The notes beneath the pieces are model-generated. The model ran no database searches and was not told the origin of the DNA. It saw only the letters and a list, made by a program, of their open reading frames with translations. A DNA stretch of 64,000 bases, from assembly GCF_000143415.4 (NCBI RefSeq), contig NW_003314274.1, positions 1,065,788 to 1,129,787 on the forward strand, written 5' to 3'. Both the position numbers and the translations under genes were made by a program. This DNA comes from Selaginella moellendorffii (taxonomy: Eukaryota > Plantae > Lycopodiophyta). Below, piece after piece: positions 63,401-64,000 of the stretch (position 1 is its first letter; every line of letters begins with the position of its first letter).

Positions 63401-63727
63401 TATCAATGGAAGCCGCACCAGGCAAGATACATGTTGCCTGGGAAGTACTCGTTCAAGTATGTCGATGGCATGCTAGCGTGGGTAAACGAGCAGCGAGTGT
63501 TACATATCCTTGCACTGCAGGTGACTGTTAGTCCGGAAACACACAGGAAGACAGAGTACAAGTTTGTGATGCAAGGAGAGGTTCAACGCTGGTATACTGG
63601 ACACCGCGTGGTGCACTATGTGTACATCTGCCCAGGCCCGACCAAGCGCGCAGCTGTTTCACACAGTGCAGAGGTAGCGTACACGACGCATGAGCTTGAG
63701 CTTTACCAACCTAATCGACATTCTTAA
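60476..63727 (+). pseudogene. Crinkler/RHS-type P-loop NTPase + restriction-endonuclease-fold gene, decayed and split by an insertion
   Basis: VPFP...FSFVGRSEY...LIITGAKGSGKSCLL (Walker A at 60683-60706)...RVVCI. Across the insertion the frame reads GDYITLLCDG (Walker B-like). C-terminal YMLPGKYSFKYVDG...LALQVTVSPETH is an REase-like D...QxT..H motif. Several stops and frameshifts. Confidence 0.68.
60935..62809. mobile_element. Insertion with terminal inverted repeats of at least 830 bp, TGT...ACA ends and 5-bp TSD; centre is an assembly gap
   Basis: 60935-61794 is the reverse complement of 61980-62809, with scattered differences. GGATT at 60930-60934 and 62810-62814. N gap at 61880-61979. 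Confidence 0.88.
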
Positions 63728-64000
63728 GAAGCTGGGCAACCTGAGAAAGGTAGAAGTGGAACGAAGGAGAAAAGCACGTCTCATGTACCAGCGTGGCGAT
63801 CAAGCTAGTGTTAAGACCATTCCCCATGAGAAGCAGAAACTCTTGAAAAAGGCCTAGGAACAGCCCCACGGAGCCAGGGCATGGCTGGAAAACGAATGCC
63901 GGACCGAGCGCAAGTATGGTATTCGTGGGAAGCAGTACCCAAATGTGTACTCCCTCCTCTCCAGGCAATGACCGTCTAGTTTGATACTTCCAATCCAGAG

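Overview
Eukaryotic plant genomic DNA. The very short introns (about 50-70 bp), tight gene spacing and SS-motif-rich PLS PPR gene suggest a lycophyte such as Selaginella (inference). Positions 1-20 kb are ordinary gene-dense sequence: PLS-PPR, MOB1, UPF2, a BAHD acyltransferase, an unknown coiled-coil/RS protein and a GH95 alpha-L-fucosidase. Positions 20.7-52 kb are a tandemly duplicated defence-type locus. It contains a MiAMP1-like peptide fused to a Pro-rich repeat tail, seven germin-like copies (two intact, five broken by different mechanisms, including a clean 331-bp internal inversion and a hAT-type MITE) and a SAM-domain gene. It also holds a nested LTR complex: an old Gypsy element carrying a TRIM, a Cassandra-like TRIM with 5S-rRNA-derived LTRs and a self-priming Gypsy element. 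A further Gypsy element sits inside a (TA)n tract. Positions 52-60 kb contain NADP-isocitrate dehydrogenase ending in -SKL, a miRNA-like hairpin, GDSL and TCAB1/WRAP53 pseudogenes and a tRNA-Asp pseudogene. Positions 60.5-63.7 kb hold a decayed Crinkler/RHS-type P-loop NTPase + REase gene. It is split by an unusual insertion with TGT...ACA ends, a perfect 5-bp TSD and terminal INVERTED repeats of at least 830 bp around an assembly gap. All family assignments are from motif recognition by eye; no database searches were run.
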